Positions 38,124 through 46,082 of a DNA stretch of 64,000 bases are shown piece by piece. Numbering within the stretch: the first letter of the stretch is position 1; each line of letters starts with the position of its first letter. Source of the DNA: an uncultured Acidobacteriota bacterium (lineage in GTDB: Bacteria; Acidobacteriota; Terriglobia; Acidiferrales; UBA7541); NCBI GenBank assembly GCA_963825365.1, contig CAWGSV010000023.1, positions 16,800 to 80,799 on the forward strand, given 5' to 3'. Both the position numbers and the translations under genes were made by a program. Below the pieces are notes generated by a model, which was not told the DNA's origin, searched no databases, and was given only the letters and a program-made list of their open reading frames with translations.

Positions 38124-38882
38124 ATGCTCGCTGCTCCCACAATTCACGTCCCCGCATCACGCATGGTTCTGGCGCTGCTGCTCGGCCTGACGGCCGCGGC
38201 GGCCAATATTCTGGGCGGGCTTTTCATTCTGCACCGCGAATGGTCGCGCCAATATCTAAAATATTTTTTGGCGCTGGGCGCGGGATTCATGTTGGCCGCG
38301 GCCATTCTGGAAATTCTGCCCGAATCCGTGGCCATGACCGGGAATGTGGCCTACTTCTTCGTCCTGGTTGGCTATTTCATCGTTCACTTTTTTGAGCACA
38401 CCCTCGCGCCCCATTTTCATTTCGGAGAAGAAACGCACCTCGAGCATTTTGTGCCCGATCATGCTGGAATTTCCGCGTTGCTTGGCCTGTCGATCCACAC
38501 ATTTTTCGACGGCGTGGCCATCGCTTCCGGATTTCTGGTGTCCGGCTGGCTGGGCGGGGTGATTTTTCTGGCCATCGTGCTGCACAAAATTCCCGAAGGT
38601 TTCACCGTTGCTTCGCTGATGATTGCAAGCGGGCAGAGCCGCCGCACCGCGTTCCTGGCCGCAATTTGGCTGGGCGTGGCGACGGTTGCAGGCATTCTTC
38701 TGATGGGTTTGCTGCATTCGCAAGTGGGCTACGCACTGCCGATTTCAGCGGGCGTCACGCTCTACGTAGCCGCGACCGACCTGATCCCCGAAGTGAATCG
38801 CGAGCCGGACACGCGCGTGGCCCTGCTGGTTTTCCTTGGCGTATCCCTGATGCTTCTGCTCGCGCACTTGTTTCGCGCCTAG
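38124..38882 (+). CDS. ZIP-family metal (zinc) transporter
   Basis: Eight TM profile. HNIPEG-like HKIPEGF motif and His-rich loop HFFEHTLAPHFHFGEETHLEH. ORF-track start 38067 lies inside a REP element, so ATG 38124 is preferred. Confidence 0.75.
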   Translation: MLAAPTIHVPASRMVLALLLGLTAAAANILGGLFILHREWSRQYLKYFLALGAGFMLAAAILEILPESVAMTGNVAYFFVLVGYFIVHFFEHTLAPHFHFGEETHLEHFVPDHAGISALLGLSIHTFFDGVAIASGFLVSGWLGGVIFLAIVLHKIPEGFTVASLMIASGQSRRTAFLAAIWLGVATVAGILLMGLLHSQVGYALPISAGVTLYVAATDLIPEVNREPDTRVALLVFLGVSLMLLLAHLFRA

Positions 38883-38953
38883 TAGCGCGGGCTTCAGCCT
38901 GCGGGGGTTAGTCCTTGCAAGGCCCAAAATCCGCAGTCTGAAGCCCGCGCTAC
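38882..38953. repeat. REPIN-like palindrome, subfamily B
   Basis: GTAGCGCGGGCTTCAGCCTGCGGGGG ttagtCCTTGCAAGGcccaaaat CCGCAGTCTGAAGCCCGCGCTAC. The left G is shared with the ZIP gene TAG stop. Confidence 0.9.
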
Positions 38954-38995
38954 TAAAACCAAAGCCCGCAAAAATAACCTGGCGTTCATGGTGTT

Positions 38996-39070
38996 GTAGC
39001 GCCGGCGTCCCGCCGGCATTTTTTCAATGTCTCCAGAGCGGAGCAACAGCCGGCGAGACGGCGGCGCTAC
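38996..39070. repeat. REPIN-like palindrome, further variant (GTAGCGCCGGCGTCCCGCCGGC)
   Basis: GTAGCGCCGGCGTCCCGCCGGCA ... GCCGGCGAGACGGCGGCGCTAC. Confidence 0.75.
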
Positions 39071-39167
39071 GAAAACCTTGGCATTGAATTAGCAGCGCGC
39101 CGGATGTATGTTTCCTGTCAGTTCTGAATCATCGATCTAAATTTTCAATCGCTTTGAAAAGGAATCC

Positions 39168-40388
39168 ATGAGCAATTTGACAAGCCGCCGAACTCTGCTT
39201 AAGTACGGAGCCGCCGCAGCCGCGTCCGCCGCGCTCGGAAAAGTGGCCATGGGTCAGAGCACGGCGGGTTCGCACCAGCGCGTCGTGGTAATCATGTTTG
39301 ACGGTTTCGATCCTCTTTACCTCGCTGCCAGTAACATGCCCGTGCTTGGCCAATGGGAGCGCGATGGGATCTACAAGCGGGTGAAGGGCGTGATGCCTTC
39401 GGTGACCAACGCCAACAATGCGTCGATTTGCTGCGGGGCCTGGCCGGAGACTCATGGAATCAACGCCAATTCTTACTTCGACGAAAAGACCGGGGAAGAA
39501 TTGTACGTGGAATCCGCGGACCTTGTGCTGGCGCCCACACTTTTTGAGCGCGCGGCAAAGCAGGGAGTGAAATCGGCGCTGCTCTCCAGCAAGGCCAAGA
39601 CAGCGACGCTGCTGATGCGCGGCGCGGAAATTGTGTTGACGGCGGAGCATCCCTCGCCCGAGTGGGAAAAAAAGCTGGGCCCCGCGCCGGACATCTACAG
39701 TCGGGAAATCAACTACTGGCTGATGCAGTCCGCGATGAACATTCTCAAGAATCGCCCGGACATCGGCGTCCTTTACGTTCACACCACGGACTATCCCATG
39801 CACACATGGGCTCCCGAGGCGCCCGAATCGAAAGAGCACCTGGCGCGTATGGACGATCTTTTCGGGCAAGCCATGAAAATCGCTCCGGACGCAGCATTCC
39901 TGGCCACGGCCGATCACGGAATGAATGCCAAGAGCGTGTGCTGGGACCTCGATCAAATCTGCGCCGGCAAGGGAACGCCAATCCGCAAAGCTGTCTCCAC
40001 CGGGCGCGACCGCTACATGAAGCATCACCGCGGATGCAGCGGAGCCGCCTACATTCATCTCAAGGATCCTAAGGACGCCGCGCGCGTGCGAGAAATAATT
40101 TCCGGCGTGCAGGGAGTCGAGCGGATTCTTACGCGCGACGAGGCGGCGCACGAATTCCACCTGATGCCGTCGCGTATCGGCAACCTCATGGTGTTCGGCG
40201 ACAAGGACACCGTGTTCGGCGAACTCGACGACGAAAAGGAAAATTTCCCTGGGCTGCGCTCGCACGGCTCCTTGCACGAAACGGATGTTCCGCTGTTCGT
40301 GTACAACGCCAAGAACGCGCCAAAGGCCGATTACTTCAACCACAATCTCGATCTGGCGCGCTGGCTCTACCCAAGCAAAGGGGTGTAA
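39168..40388 (+). CDS. Tat-secreted alkaline-phosphatase-superfamily enzyme (nucleotide pyrophosphatase/phosphodiesterase or phosphonoacetate-hydrolase-like)
   Basis: Tat signal SRRTLLKYGAAAAASAALG. VVVIMFDGFDP...MPSVTNANNASI (metal/nucleophile region), ATADHGM, GSLHETDVP. Confidence 0.7.
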   Translation: MSNLTSRRTLLKYGAAAAASAALGKVAMGQSTAGSHQRVVVIMFDGFDPLYLAASNMPVLGQWERDGIYKRVKGVMPSVTNANNASICCGAWPETHGINANSYFDEKTGEELYVESADLVLAPTLFERAAKQGVKSALLSSKAKTATLLMRGAEIVLTAEHPSPEWEKKLGPAPDIYSREINYWLMQSAMNILKNRPDIGVLYVHTTDYPMHTWAPEAPESKEHLARMDDLFGQAMKIAPDAAFLATADHGMNAKSVCWDLDQICAGKGTPIRKAVSTGRDRYMKHHRGCSGAAYIHLKDPKDAARVREIISGVQGVERILTRDEAAHEFHLMPSRIGNLMVFGDKDTVFGELDDEKENFPGLRSHGSLHETDVPLFVYNAKNAPKADYFNHNLDLARWLYPSKGV

Positions 40389-40401
40389 CGATCTGGCAGT
40401 T

Positions 40402-40430
40402 GTAGCGGCACGGCATTGCCGTGCCCCTAC
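40402..40430. repeat. single REP hairpin, subfamily F (GTAGCGGCACGGCATTGCCGTGCCCCTAC)
   Basis: GTAG-bounded perfect hairpin GGCACGGCA TT GCCGTGCC, related to 63194-63222. Confidence 0.8.
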
Positions 40431-40615
40431 GGCTAGCCATTTTCTACTAGATATGTCCTTTAGATTCAGTTCCTCGCAAAGCACGCAGCAGCGGAAATCC
40501 CGTTCCGTACCGCTCAAATTCCTGTACAATCCGGCTTGAAATCGTCCCCGGAAGCCGTGGCTGGCTTGCCCTGAATTTCCCGCAACTTTTAGACACGGCA
40601 CGGGTTGTATATAGC

Positions 40616-41221
40616 GTGGAGGCCATGGCCAGGACCGACGTCCAATTGATGCTGGACGTAAAAGCCGGGGACGAGCAGTCCTTCGAGCTCTTACTCCGCA
40701 AGTACAGGACCCCCCTCGTCAATTTCCTTTACAGGATGGTCCGCAACACTGCCGTTGCGGAAGACCTGGCCCAGGAAGTTTTCCTTCGGGTTTACCGCGC
40801 TCGCCAGGAGTACGCCCCCAGCGCGAAGTTCACCACCTGGATGTTCCGCATCGCCACCAATCTGGCGCTGAATTCCATGCGAGACAACCGGCATCGCCAG
40901 ATGGAAATTTCAATGGATCAGACCATTGATACGGGCGAGGACGAGATTCAGGCGCTGGAAGTTCCCGACCGCGCGCCAAGCGTTGAGCAGGAATTACTAG
41001 CGCGCAGCCGCGCGGCATTGATCATGAAAGCGATTCACTCGCTGCCCGAAAAGCAGCGCGCGGCCGTGCTGCTGCACAAGTATCAGGAACTGGATTATGA
41101 CGAGATAGCACGCGTTCTGGAATGCTCGGAAAGTGCGCTAAAATCGCTGTTGTTCAGGGCATATGAAACGCTGCGCGTCCAGCTGGCGCCGCTGGTGGGC
41201 AATTCAGTGAAGGTTTCGTAA
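40616..41221 (+). CDS. ECF (sigma-24) RNA polymerase sigma factor
   Basis: Region 2 LVNFLYRMVRNTAVAEDLAQEVFLRVY and region 4 LPEKQRAAVLLHKYQELDYDEIARVLECSESALKSLLFRA. Confidence 0.9.
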   Translation: MEAMARTDVQLMLDVKAGDEQSFELLLRKYRTPLVNFLYRMVRNTAVAEDLAQEVFLRVYRARQEYAPSAKFTTWMFRIATNLALNSMRDNRHRQMEISMDQTIDTGEDEIQALEVPDRAPSVEQELLARSRAALIMKAIHSLPEKQRAAVLLHKYQELDYDEIARVLECSESALKSLLFRAYETLRVQLAPLVGNSVKVS

Positions 41222-41784
41222 TGAGTTCGCAAGGAAGTGAGGCCAATATGTTCGGCTCAAAACGTAACGAAAAACAATGTGCTGCAATGGAAGGCAAGCT
41301 GGTTGAGTATCTGGATGGGCGCGCGCGGCCTGCCGAGCGCCGCGCCGTCGAGGCGCACCTGTCCGTCTGCGCAACCTGCCGCACGCGCGCCGAGGAATTT
41401 CGCGCGCTGTGGACCGCGCTTGAAGATCTTCCGGAGATTTTTCCGTCGCCCTCGTTCGACGCATCCCTGCGCGCGCGCATTGCCGCTGAGCCCGCGCGCC
41501 GCGGATTCTGGCAATGGATGCCCTCGCCGAGGCTGGCTTTTGCAGTTTCCGCGCTGGTCATTCTCTCGGCATGGATTTCTTCCGTGCCTCGCGTGATCAA
41601 GAGTCCAACGGTAATCAGCCGCGCCGTTCAGGACAGCAAAGTTACCGCGGAAAAAGATTTCGGAATGATTCGCGATTTGCCGGAGCTGGAGAATTTTGAC
41701 GTGATTTCAAAATTTGACGCGCTATCGGAACTACCCGTTTCGCCGACGGCGTCCGACGAGGAAATGAAAAAAGAAACCAGGTAA
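41221..41784 (+). CDS. anti-sigma factor (zf-HC2) with one TM
   Basis: CAAMEGKLVEYLDG...HLSVCATCRTRAEEF zinc-finger anti-sigma motif. TM LAFAVSALVILSAWI. Start overlaps the sigma stop (TAATG). Confidence 0.8.
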   Translation: MSSQGSEANMFGSKRNEKQCAAMEGKLVEYLDGRARPAERRAVEAHLSVCATCRTRAEEFRALWTALEDLPEIFPSPSFDASLRARIAAEPARRGFWQWMPSPRLAFAVSALVILSAWISSVPRVIKSPTVISRAVQDSKVTAEKDFGMIRDLPELENFDVISKFDALSELPVSPTASDEEMKKETR

Positions 41785-42419
41785 TGAAGCTGCGATTCCA
41801 ACTCGGAATTGTTTTGGCCGCCGGACTGGCGGGTGGTCTGTTGTGCGGACCCGTGTATGGACAAAGGCCAAGCGCGGCAGCGCAGCAAGAAGGCAAGCCG
41901 GCGCGGCCCGTGCCGCCGCGCCAGCAGGTGCGACCCAGGATACCCAACGCCCTGCCTCCCGCGGGCAATCCGAATAAATTGCCGCCCAAGGCCATCGACA
42001 GGCTTCAGGACATGCCTCCCGCGCGCCAGGAGCAGTTCCTGCGCAACAACCAGCGCTTCCTGAATCTGCCGCCGGAACAGCAGGCGCAAATTCGCCAGCG
42101 CCTGGAGGCCTGGAATCGGCTGACACCCGATCAGCAGCAAGCCTTGCGCGACCGGCAAAACGTGTGGGAGCAGATGACTCCCGAGCAGCAGAGATATGTG
42201 CGGCAGTCTTTGCTTCCTCGCTGGCAACAATTGCCGCCTCCCCGGCGCCAGGCCATGTTGCAACGATTGCATACTCTTCGCGACATGACCGAACCCGCGC
42301 GCCAGGCCAAGTTGAACGATCCCTCATTCGTCGAGGGATTGAATCCCGAAGACCGCGAAATGCTCGGACAACTCGCCCACCTTCACGTCGGCATGGCTCC
42401 CGATCCGCCGGGGCTGTAG
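41784..42419 (+). CDS. DUF3106-like secreted repeat protein
   Basis: Signal peptide, then repeated Q-rich helices (PPARQEQFLRNNQRF, PPEQQAQIRQRLEAWNRLTPDQQQALRDRQ). ATGA overlap with the anti-sigma gene. Confidence 0.7.
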   Translation: MKLRFQLGIVLAAGLAGGLLCGPVYGQRPSAAAQQEGKPARPVPPRQQVRPRIPNALPPAGNPNKLPPKAIDRLQDMPPARQEQFLRNNQRFLNLPPEQQAQIRQRLEAWNRLTPDQQQALRDRQNVWEQMTPEQQRYVRQSLLPRWQQLPPPRRQAMLQRLHTLRDMTEPARQAKLNDPSFVEGLNPEDREMLGQLAHLHVGMAPDPPGL

Positions 42420-42728
42420 GCAGGCGCGGCCCTTGCGTGGGCCAACGGCAAGCACACCGATTGAGCGAGGTGCCGTCCCTCCGGGTTCTAATTAATCCAA
42501 CCCCGTGCCCCCACAGCGCTCACTCCAGTAACAATCAGAAATTCTCTGCGATTCAGCATGGCTACTCCCTAATTTTCAGGAATCATTTAAGATGATTTGA
42601 TTCAGAACGGCCACTGTCAATTCGACGATGGTTTGTGTCAAGCAGGACACCCTCAAAATTCTCGCTGCACTCAATGCGCGTGACGTTGGATTCACTCTGA
42701 TACAATCTTTCTCATTCGATTTTATTTT

Positions 42729-43337
42729 ATGGATTTTCAGACACCAAATTTTCACCTGCCCCACTGGCTCCAGGCCATCGTCGCCTCCACGGGAGGGTTG
42801 GGTCTTTTCCTGATCGCGTTTCTCGATTCGTCCGTGCTGTCGTTTCCCATTATCAATGACCTGCTGCTGATCAATCTTTCCGTGCAAAATCCTGCGCGCA
42901 TGCCGTTTTACGCAGCGATGGCCACGCTGGGGTCGGTCGCGGGCTGCGTGTTGCTTTACTACATCGCGCGCAAGGGCGGGGAAGCCATGTTCCGCAAACA
43001 TGCCGGCGCGCGCGCGCAGCAAATCCGCGCCTGGATCGACCGCAACGGTTTTCTGAGCATTTTGGTGACGGCTCTTCTGCCGCCTCCAACTCCATTCAAA
43101 GTATTTGTGATCGCGGCGGGTGCATTGGAAATGCCGGTGCAAAAATTTGTTCTGGGTTTGCTTGCCGCGCGGGCCATTCGATACTTTGGCGAAGGGTTTC
43201 TGGCCATTCGTTACGGCAATCAGGCGGGCCAGTTCTTGCTCACTCACAAGCTGGAAGTTGCGGGGATTACGCTGGGCATGGTGGCTTGCCTCTACCTCTT
43301 GTCGTTGCTGGCGTTTCGTCCGCGCCCTGCGAGCTGA
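42729..43337 (+). CDS. YqaA/DedA-family membrane protein
   Basis: GGLGLFLIAFLDSSVLSFPI...LLPPPTPFKVFVIAAGAL is typical of YqaA (SNARE-associated/DedA superfamily). Confidence 0.7.
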   Translation: MDFQTPNFHLPHWLQAIVASTGGLGLFLIAFLDSSVLSFPIINDLLLINLSVQNPARMPFYAAMATLGSVAGCVLLYYIARKGGEAMFRKHAGARAQQIRAWIDRNGFLSILVTALLPPPTPFKVFVIAAGALEMPVQKFVLGLLAARAIRYFGEGFLAIRYGNQAGQFLLTHKLEVAGITLGMVACLYLLSLLAFRPRPAS

Positions 43338-43347
43338 TCGTGATCCA

Positions 43348-43430
43348 GTAGGACAGGCTTCAGCCTGTCTGTTTTTGACTTCCGCCAGTGCAGTAGAAAT
43401 CAAAACCAGACCGGCTGAAGCCTGTCCTAC
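43348..43430. repeat. REPIN-like palindrome, subfamily C
   Basis: GTAGGACAGGCTTCAGCCTGTCTG ... CAGACCGGCTGAAGCCTGTCCTAC. The right terminus contains the TAG stop of the YdjM-like gene. Confidence 0.9.
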
Positions 43431-44428
43431 TGTGAAGCATCAAATTCAAAATGCTCACCGATTACCAAACTCTGCGCGTTCAATTCAATAACGGCTACCA
43501 CTCCGCGCCGCCCGGTAAGTTCGGACTCAAAACGTATATCGCGTAGTCGCACCTCGAAACCGTCGCCCATTGGTTCCACGTTAGCCAGCGGAAATCGCGC
43601 GAAGTTTAGAAAATCAATCGCCGCGGAGCTTGCCACGGCATTCTGCAGCGTCAAGGATGGCTGCGGCTTATAGTGCACATCCGCAAGCTCAGGATCGAAC
43701 ACCAGCCCCGGCCCAAGCGGAACCTCCATATTGAAAAGCGCGTTGTCCGTTTCCACCACTCCGGACCATAGCAGCGGATTCGACGGCCTTGGAAACGCCG
43801 CCACCGCCAAAGGAGTCTGCTGGACATACACGCGCGCATCGAGCAGCGCAATGGCCCGCTGGTGGGAGAATCCCCGGCCCGCAATGAGCAGCGCCACGCA
43901 GGAAAGGCCGAAGATCGCACCGCGCTGGCGCCCATTGCGTTTCGGCCTCGCTCCAATTTCTTCGTGCACCAGTCGAAATAATTCTGGAACGAATAATCCC
44001 ACGATCAGGAAGAAAAGAATCCAGGAGTCCACCGAGTCCGCCAGATCCCACGCATACCACTTGGCGCGGAAGGGCCAGAGCAGCATCACGCCGTAGCCAT
44101 TGAGCAGGTCCAGCAACAGATGCGCTGCCGCTCCAATCGAGCAAATCGCGAGGGCCGGCAGGAAGCCCACCGCGTATTTGGCATACTTGCGCCCCATGAG
44201 CCATGCCGCGCCCGCAACTCCCGCGGCGATTGCCGCCGTGCCAAGAAGCGAATGCGTCGCCGTTCGGTGCCCGTGCAGAAACGCCGAAGCTCCGCCGAGC
44301 CGAGCGGCCCAATCCAAATCCGCAATCAGTCCTGAGGCGAGAAGCATTGGCGTTGCCGCGCGCGTAATTTTATTTAAGCCTGCGCGGCTTACAGCGAGGG
44401 AAGTCAGCGCATGTGTGATGGGTTCCAT
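43427..44428 (-). CDS. membrane-bound metal-dependent hydrolase (YdjM/DUF457-like) with C-terminal soluble domain
   Basis: MEPITHALTSLAVSRAG...HRTATHSLLG...HLLLDLLNGYGVMLLWPF. ORF-track start 44659 reads through a REPIN, so ATG 44428 is preferred. Confidence 0.65.
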   Translation of the reverse strand: MEPITHALTSLAVSRAGLNKITRAATPMLLASGLIADLDWAARLGGASAFLHGHRTATHSLLGTAAIAAGVAGAAWLMGRKYAKYAVGFLPALAICSIGAAAHLLLDLLNGYGVMLLWPFRAKWYAWDLADSVDSWILFFLIVGLFVPELFRLVHEEIGARPKRNGRQRGAIFGLSCVALLIAGRGFSHQRAIALLDARVYVQQTPLAVAAFPRPSNPLLWSGVVETDNALFNMEVPLGPGLVFDPELADVHYKPQPSLTLQNAVASSAAIDFLNFARFPLANVEPMGDGFEVRLRDIRFESELTGRRGVVAVIELNAQSLVIGEHFEFDASQ

Positions 44429-44451
44429 TGTGGGTGAATTTAATCGGTGCA

Positions 44452-44573
44452 GTAGCACAGGCACTCTTGCCTGTGCGCTTTTCGAAAACTTTAGCGCGTC
44501 CGTAAAATAATCAATCGCGAAACCCAGACAGGCAGCCCTCGCAGGGACTCGGGATAAAGAGTGCCTGTGCCAC
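44452..44573. repeat. REPIN-like element, subfamily E, long degenerate centre
   Basis: GTAGCACAGGCACTCTTGCCTGTGCGC ... AAAGAGTGCCTGTGCCAC. Confidence 0.75.
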
Positions 44574-44592
44574 TCAAACCGTCGCGGAAATA

Positions 44593-45510
44593 CTACACCG
44601 GATCGGGCATGGCGAGGGTTAGGGCGTCGGGCACAATTCGAAATTCGACAGGTAGGCACCCGGCAGGTTCTCCATCCACCTGGATCTGAACTTGTGACGC
44701 GCTGTTGGAGATGCAGTGCAGGGAACTGGTCTTAATGAAGCGAACGTACCGCGCGCCACGCAGTTTCCCGGCCCAGATCAGCGGCAAATAAGCGATGTAT
44801 CGCCAGGCGCTGCGCGTGGTAACAAAGGCCAGTTCGAATTCCGGCTGCATCAGTCCGGCTTCGGTTGTAATTTTGAATGGCCCGCCGTAATGCTTGGTGC
44901 GGCCTACGATCACGAGAGAGGCGTCAATGTCAGGCGCACCGCCCGCCATGGATGTTCGAAACATGGGGAAATCGTATTTCGACAATTGGCGAAAGCCTTC
45001 CTGCCAGTAAGCCAGGATGCCGGCCTTGAGCTTTATTTCCGGTCGCACGGCGGACACCAGCGCGCCGTCCGCACCTGCTCCCGCCAGGCTCAGGAAGTAG
45101 CGCGGCTCGCCGCTGGATTTTTCCGGGATGGCCAGGCCAAGCGCGATGCGCCGGTAGGGAGCGCGCACGATCAGTTCCGCGGCGCGCGGTAAGTTCCAGG
45201 GCAGCGACAACTCTTTTGCCAGGACGTTTGCCGTACCCGCAGGCAAAACTGCCAGCGGCACCTGGCTGCAGGCCAGGCCGTTTACAACTTCATTCACCGT
45301 GCCGTCGCCTCCGCACACGATCACCAATTGTCGCGATTCTTCCACGGCGCGGCGCGCCATGACGGTGGCTTCTCCTGCGGCCGTGGTGTTCTGAAGCTCC
45401 GTCTCGATCCCGGCGTCGCGGAATATGCGGCGCGCCTCATCCAGTTGCGGCACGCGGCGTCCGCCGCCTGCCGTGGGATTGACGATCAACACTGCGTCTC
45501 GAACCTGCAT
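44593..45510 (-). CDS. diacylglycerol/lipid kinase (YegS/BmrU family)
   Basis: LIVNPTAGGGRR...VIVCGGDGTVNEVVNGL. ATG 45510 is preferred; the ORF-track extension to 45840 crosses a hairpin repeat. Confidence 0.85.
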   Translation of the reverse strand: MQVRDAVLIVNPTAGGGRRVPQLDEARRIFRDAGIETELQNTTAAGEATVMARRAVEESRQLVIVCGGDGTVNEVVNGLACSQVPLAVLPAGTANVLAKELSLPWNLPRAAELIVRAPYRRIALGLAIPEKSSGEPRYFLSLAGAGADGALVSAVRPEIKLKAGILAYWQEGFRQLSKYDFPMFRTSMAGGAPDIDASLVIVGRTKHYGGPFKITTEAGLMQPEFELAFVTTRSAWRYIAYLPLIWAGKLRGARYVRFIKTSSLHCISNSASQVQIQVDGEPAGCLPVEFRIVPDALTLAMPDPV

Positions 45511-45635
45511 AGCCAGCCGATCGGCTCCATTCAAAGAGCGCGCATTCAAAGAGATCGTAAGATAACTTACCCAGAAGCAAAACGCACAGCCTGTTTCGCG
45601 CGGACGAACTAAGTTTACAACGGCGGAAAGAAAAA

Positions 45636-45756
45636 GCTTTAACACAGAGGACACAGAGAAAAGAGGAGAAAAGCGAAGAAAAGCAACCCTGAGCAAAATC
45701 TGCGCTTTCACTTTCTCCGTTTTTCTCCTCTTTTCTCTGTGCCCTCTGTGGTGAAA
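45636..45756. repeat. CACAGAGG-type long hairpin repeat
   Basis: GCTTTAACACAGAGGACACAGAGAAAAGAGGAGAAAA ... TTTTCTCCTCTTTTCTCTGTGCCCTCTGTGGTGAAA inverted arms. Related to 50577-50671. Confidence 0.85.
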
Positions 45757-45796
45757 TCCGAGCATTTGTGGTTCATTGGCCGCGCCCGCTAAATCC

Positions 45797-45825
45797 TTGA
45801 CATTAGGCACGTATCTGCGTATCCT
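45797..45825 (+). promoter_or_regulatory. sigma-70-like promoter TTGACA-17 nt-TATCCT for the aroF leader
   Basis: TTGACA at 45797-45802, 17-nt spacer, TATCCT at 45820-45825. The leader ATG follows 10 nt after the -10 box, so the transcript is near-leaderless. Confidence 0.5.
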
Positions 45826-45834
45826 CACACCCGC

Positions 45835-45927
45835 ATGCATTCACGCTATTATTCTTGGTTCGCCTTTACGTACCGCTTCCCATGGTTGGGAAGCGGCCAG
45901 GGGCGGATCGCGCGCAGGACGAGGTAA
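45835..45927 (+). CDS. putative aromatic-amino-acid leader peptide (30 codons)
   Basis: Manual translation: MHSRYYSWFAFTYRFPWLGSGQGRIARRTR*. Codons 5-17 contain 3 Tyr, 3 Phe and 2 Trp. Embedded in alternative hairpins upstream of DAHP synthase. Too short for the ORF track. Confidence 0.55.
   Translation: MHSRYYSWFAFTYRFPWLGSGQGRIARRTR
45873..45896 (+). promoter_or_regulatory. attenuator segments 1:2 hairpin (CCGCTTCCCA tggt TGGGAAGCGG)
   Basis: Perfect 10-bp stem overlapping the leader codons Y-R-F-P/W-L-G-S-G. Segment 2 can alternatively pair with 45967-45980. Confidence 0.55.
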
Positions 45928-45966
45928 AGCGACAAGTTAGATAGCGCGAAAAGAATCCCAGAACTG

Positions 45967-46002
45967 GCCGCGAGAACCCACAGGGTTCGCGGCTTTTTTA
46001 TT
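45967..46002 (+). terminator. intrinsic terminator (attenuator segments 3:4) upstream of aroF
   Basis: GCCGCGA(ga)ACCC aca GGGTTCGCGGC followed by TTTTTTATT. Sits in a divergent intergenic region 80 nt before the aroF ATG, so it terminates nothing but the leader transcript. Confidence 0.7.
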
Positions 46003-46082
46003 GCCCTGAATTGTCCCTGAGGGTCGCGCGCCGGCTACCGCAAGAGCCGGCCGCAAAGCAGACAGCCAAAGGAGCTTTTCCG

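Noticed and set aside
39071-39167. Possible Pho box (CTGTCAG...) upstream of the phosphodiesterase-family gene
   Set aside because: Only one half-site-like heptamer is present, without the second direct repeat at 11-bp spacing. The evidence is insufficient.
39129-40601. 490-aa ORF on the minus strand opposite the phosphodiesterase-family gene
   Set aside because: Arg/His/Gly-rich composition with no motif. It exactly shadows a well-supported plus-strand gene with a Tat signal and catalytic motifs. This is a typical antisense shadow ORF of high-GC DNA.
44593-45840. ORF-track 415-aa version of the lipid kinase, and the similar long N-terminal extensions of ORFs at 43427-44659, 47218-48315, 38067-38882, 20685-23135 and 29212-30861
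   Set aside because: The extensions read through repeat elements or lack homology. Internal starts with SD sequences and signal or domain N-termini are better supported, so shorter coordinates were reported.
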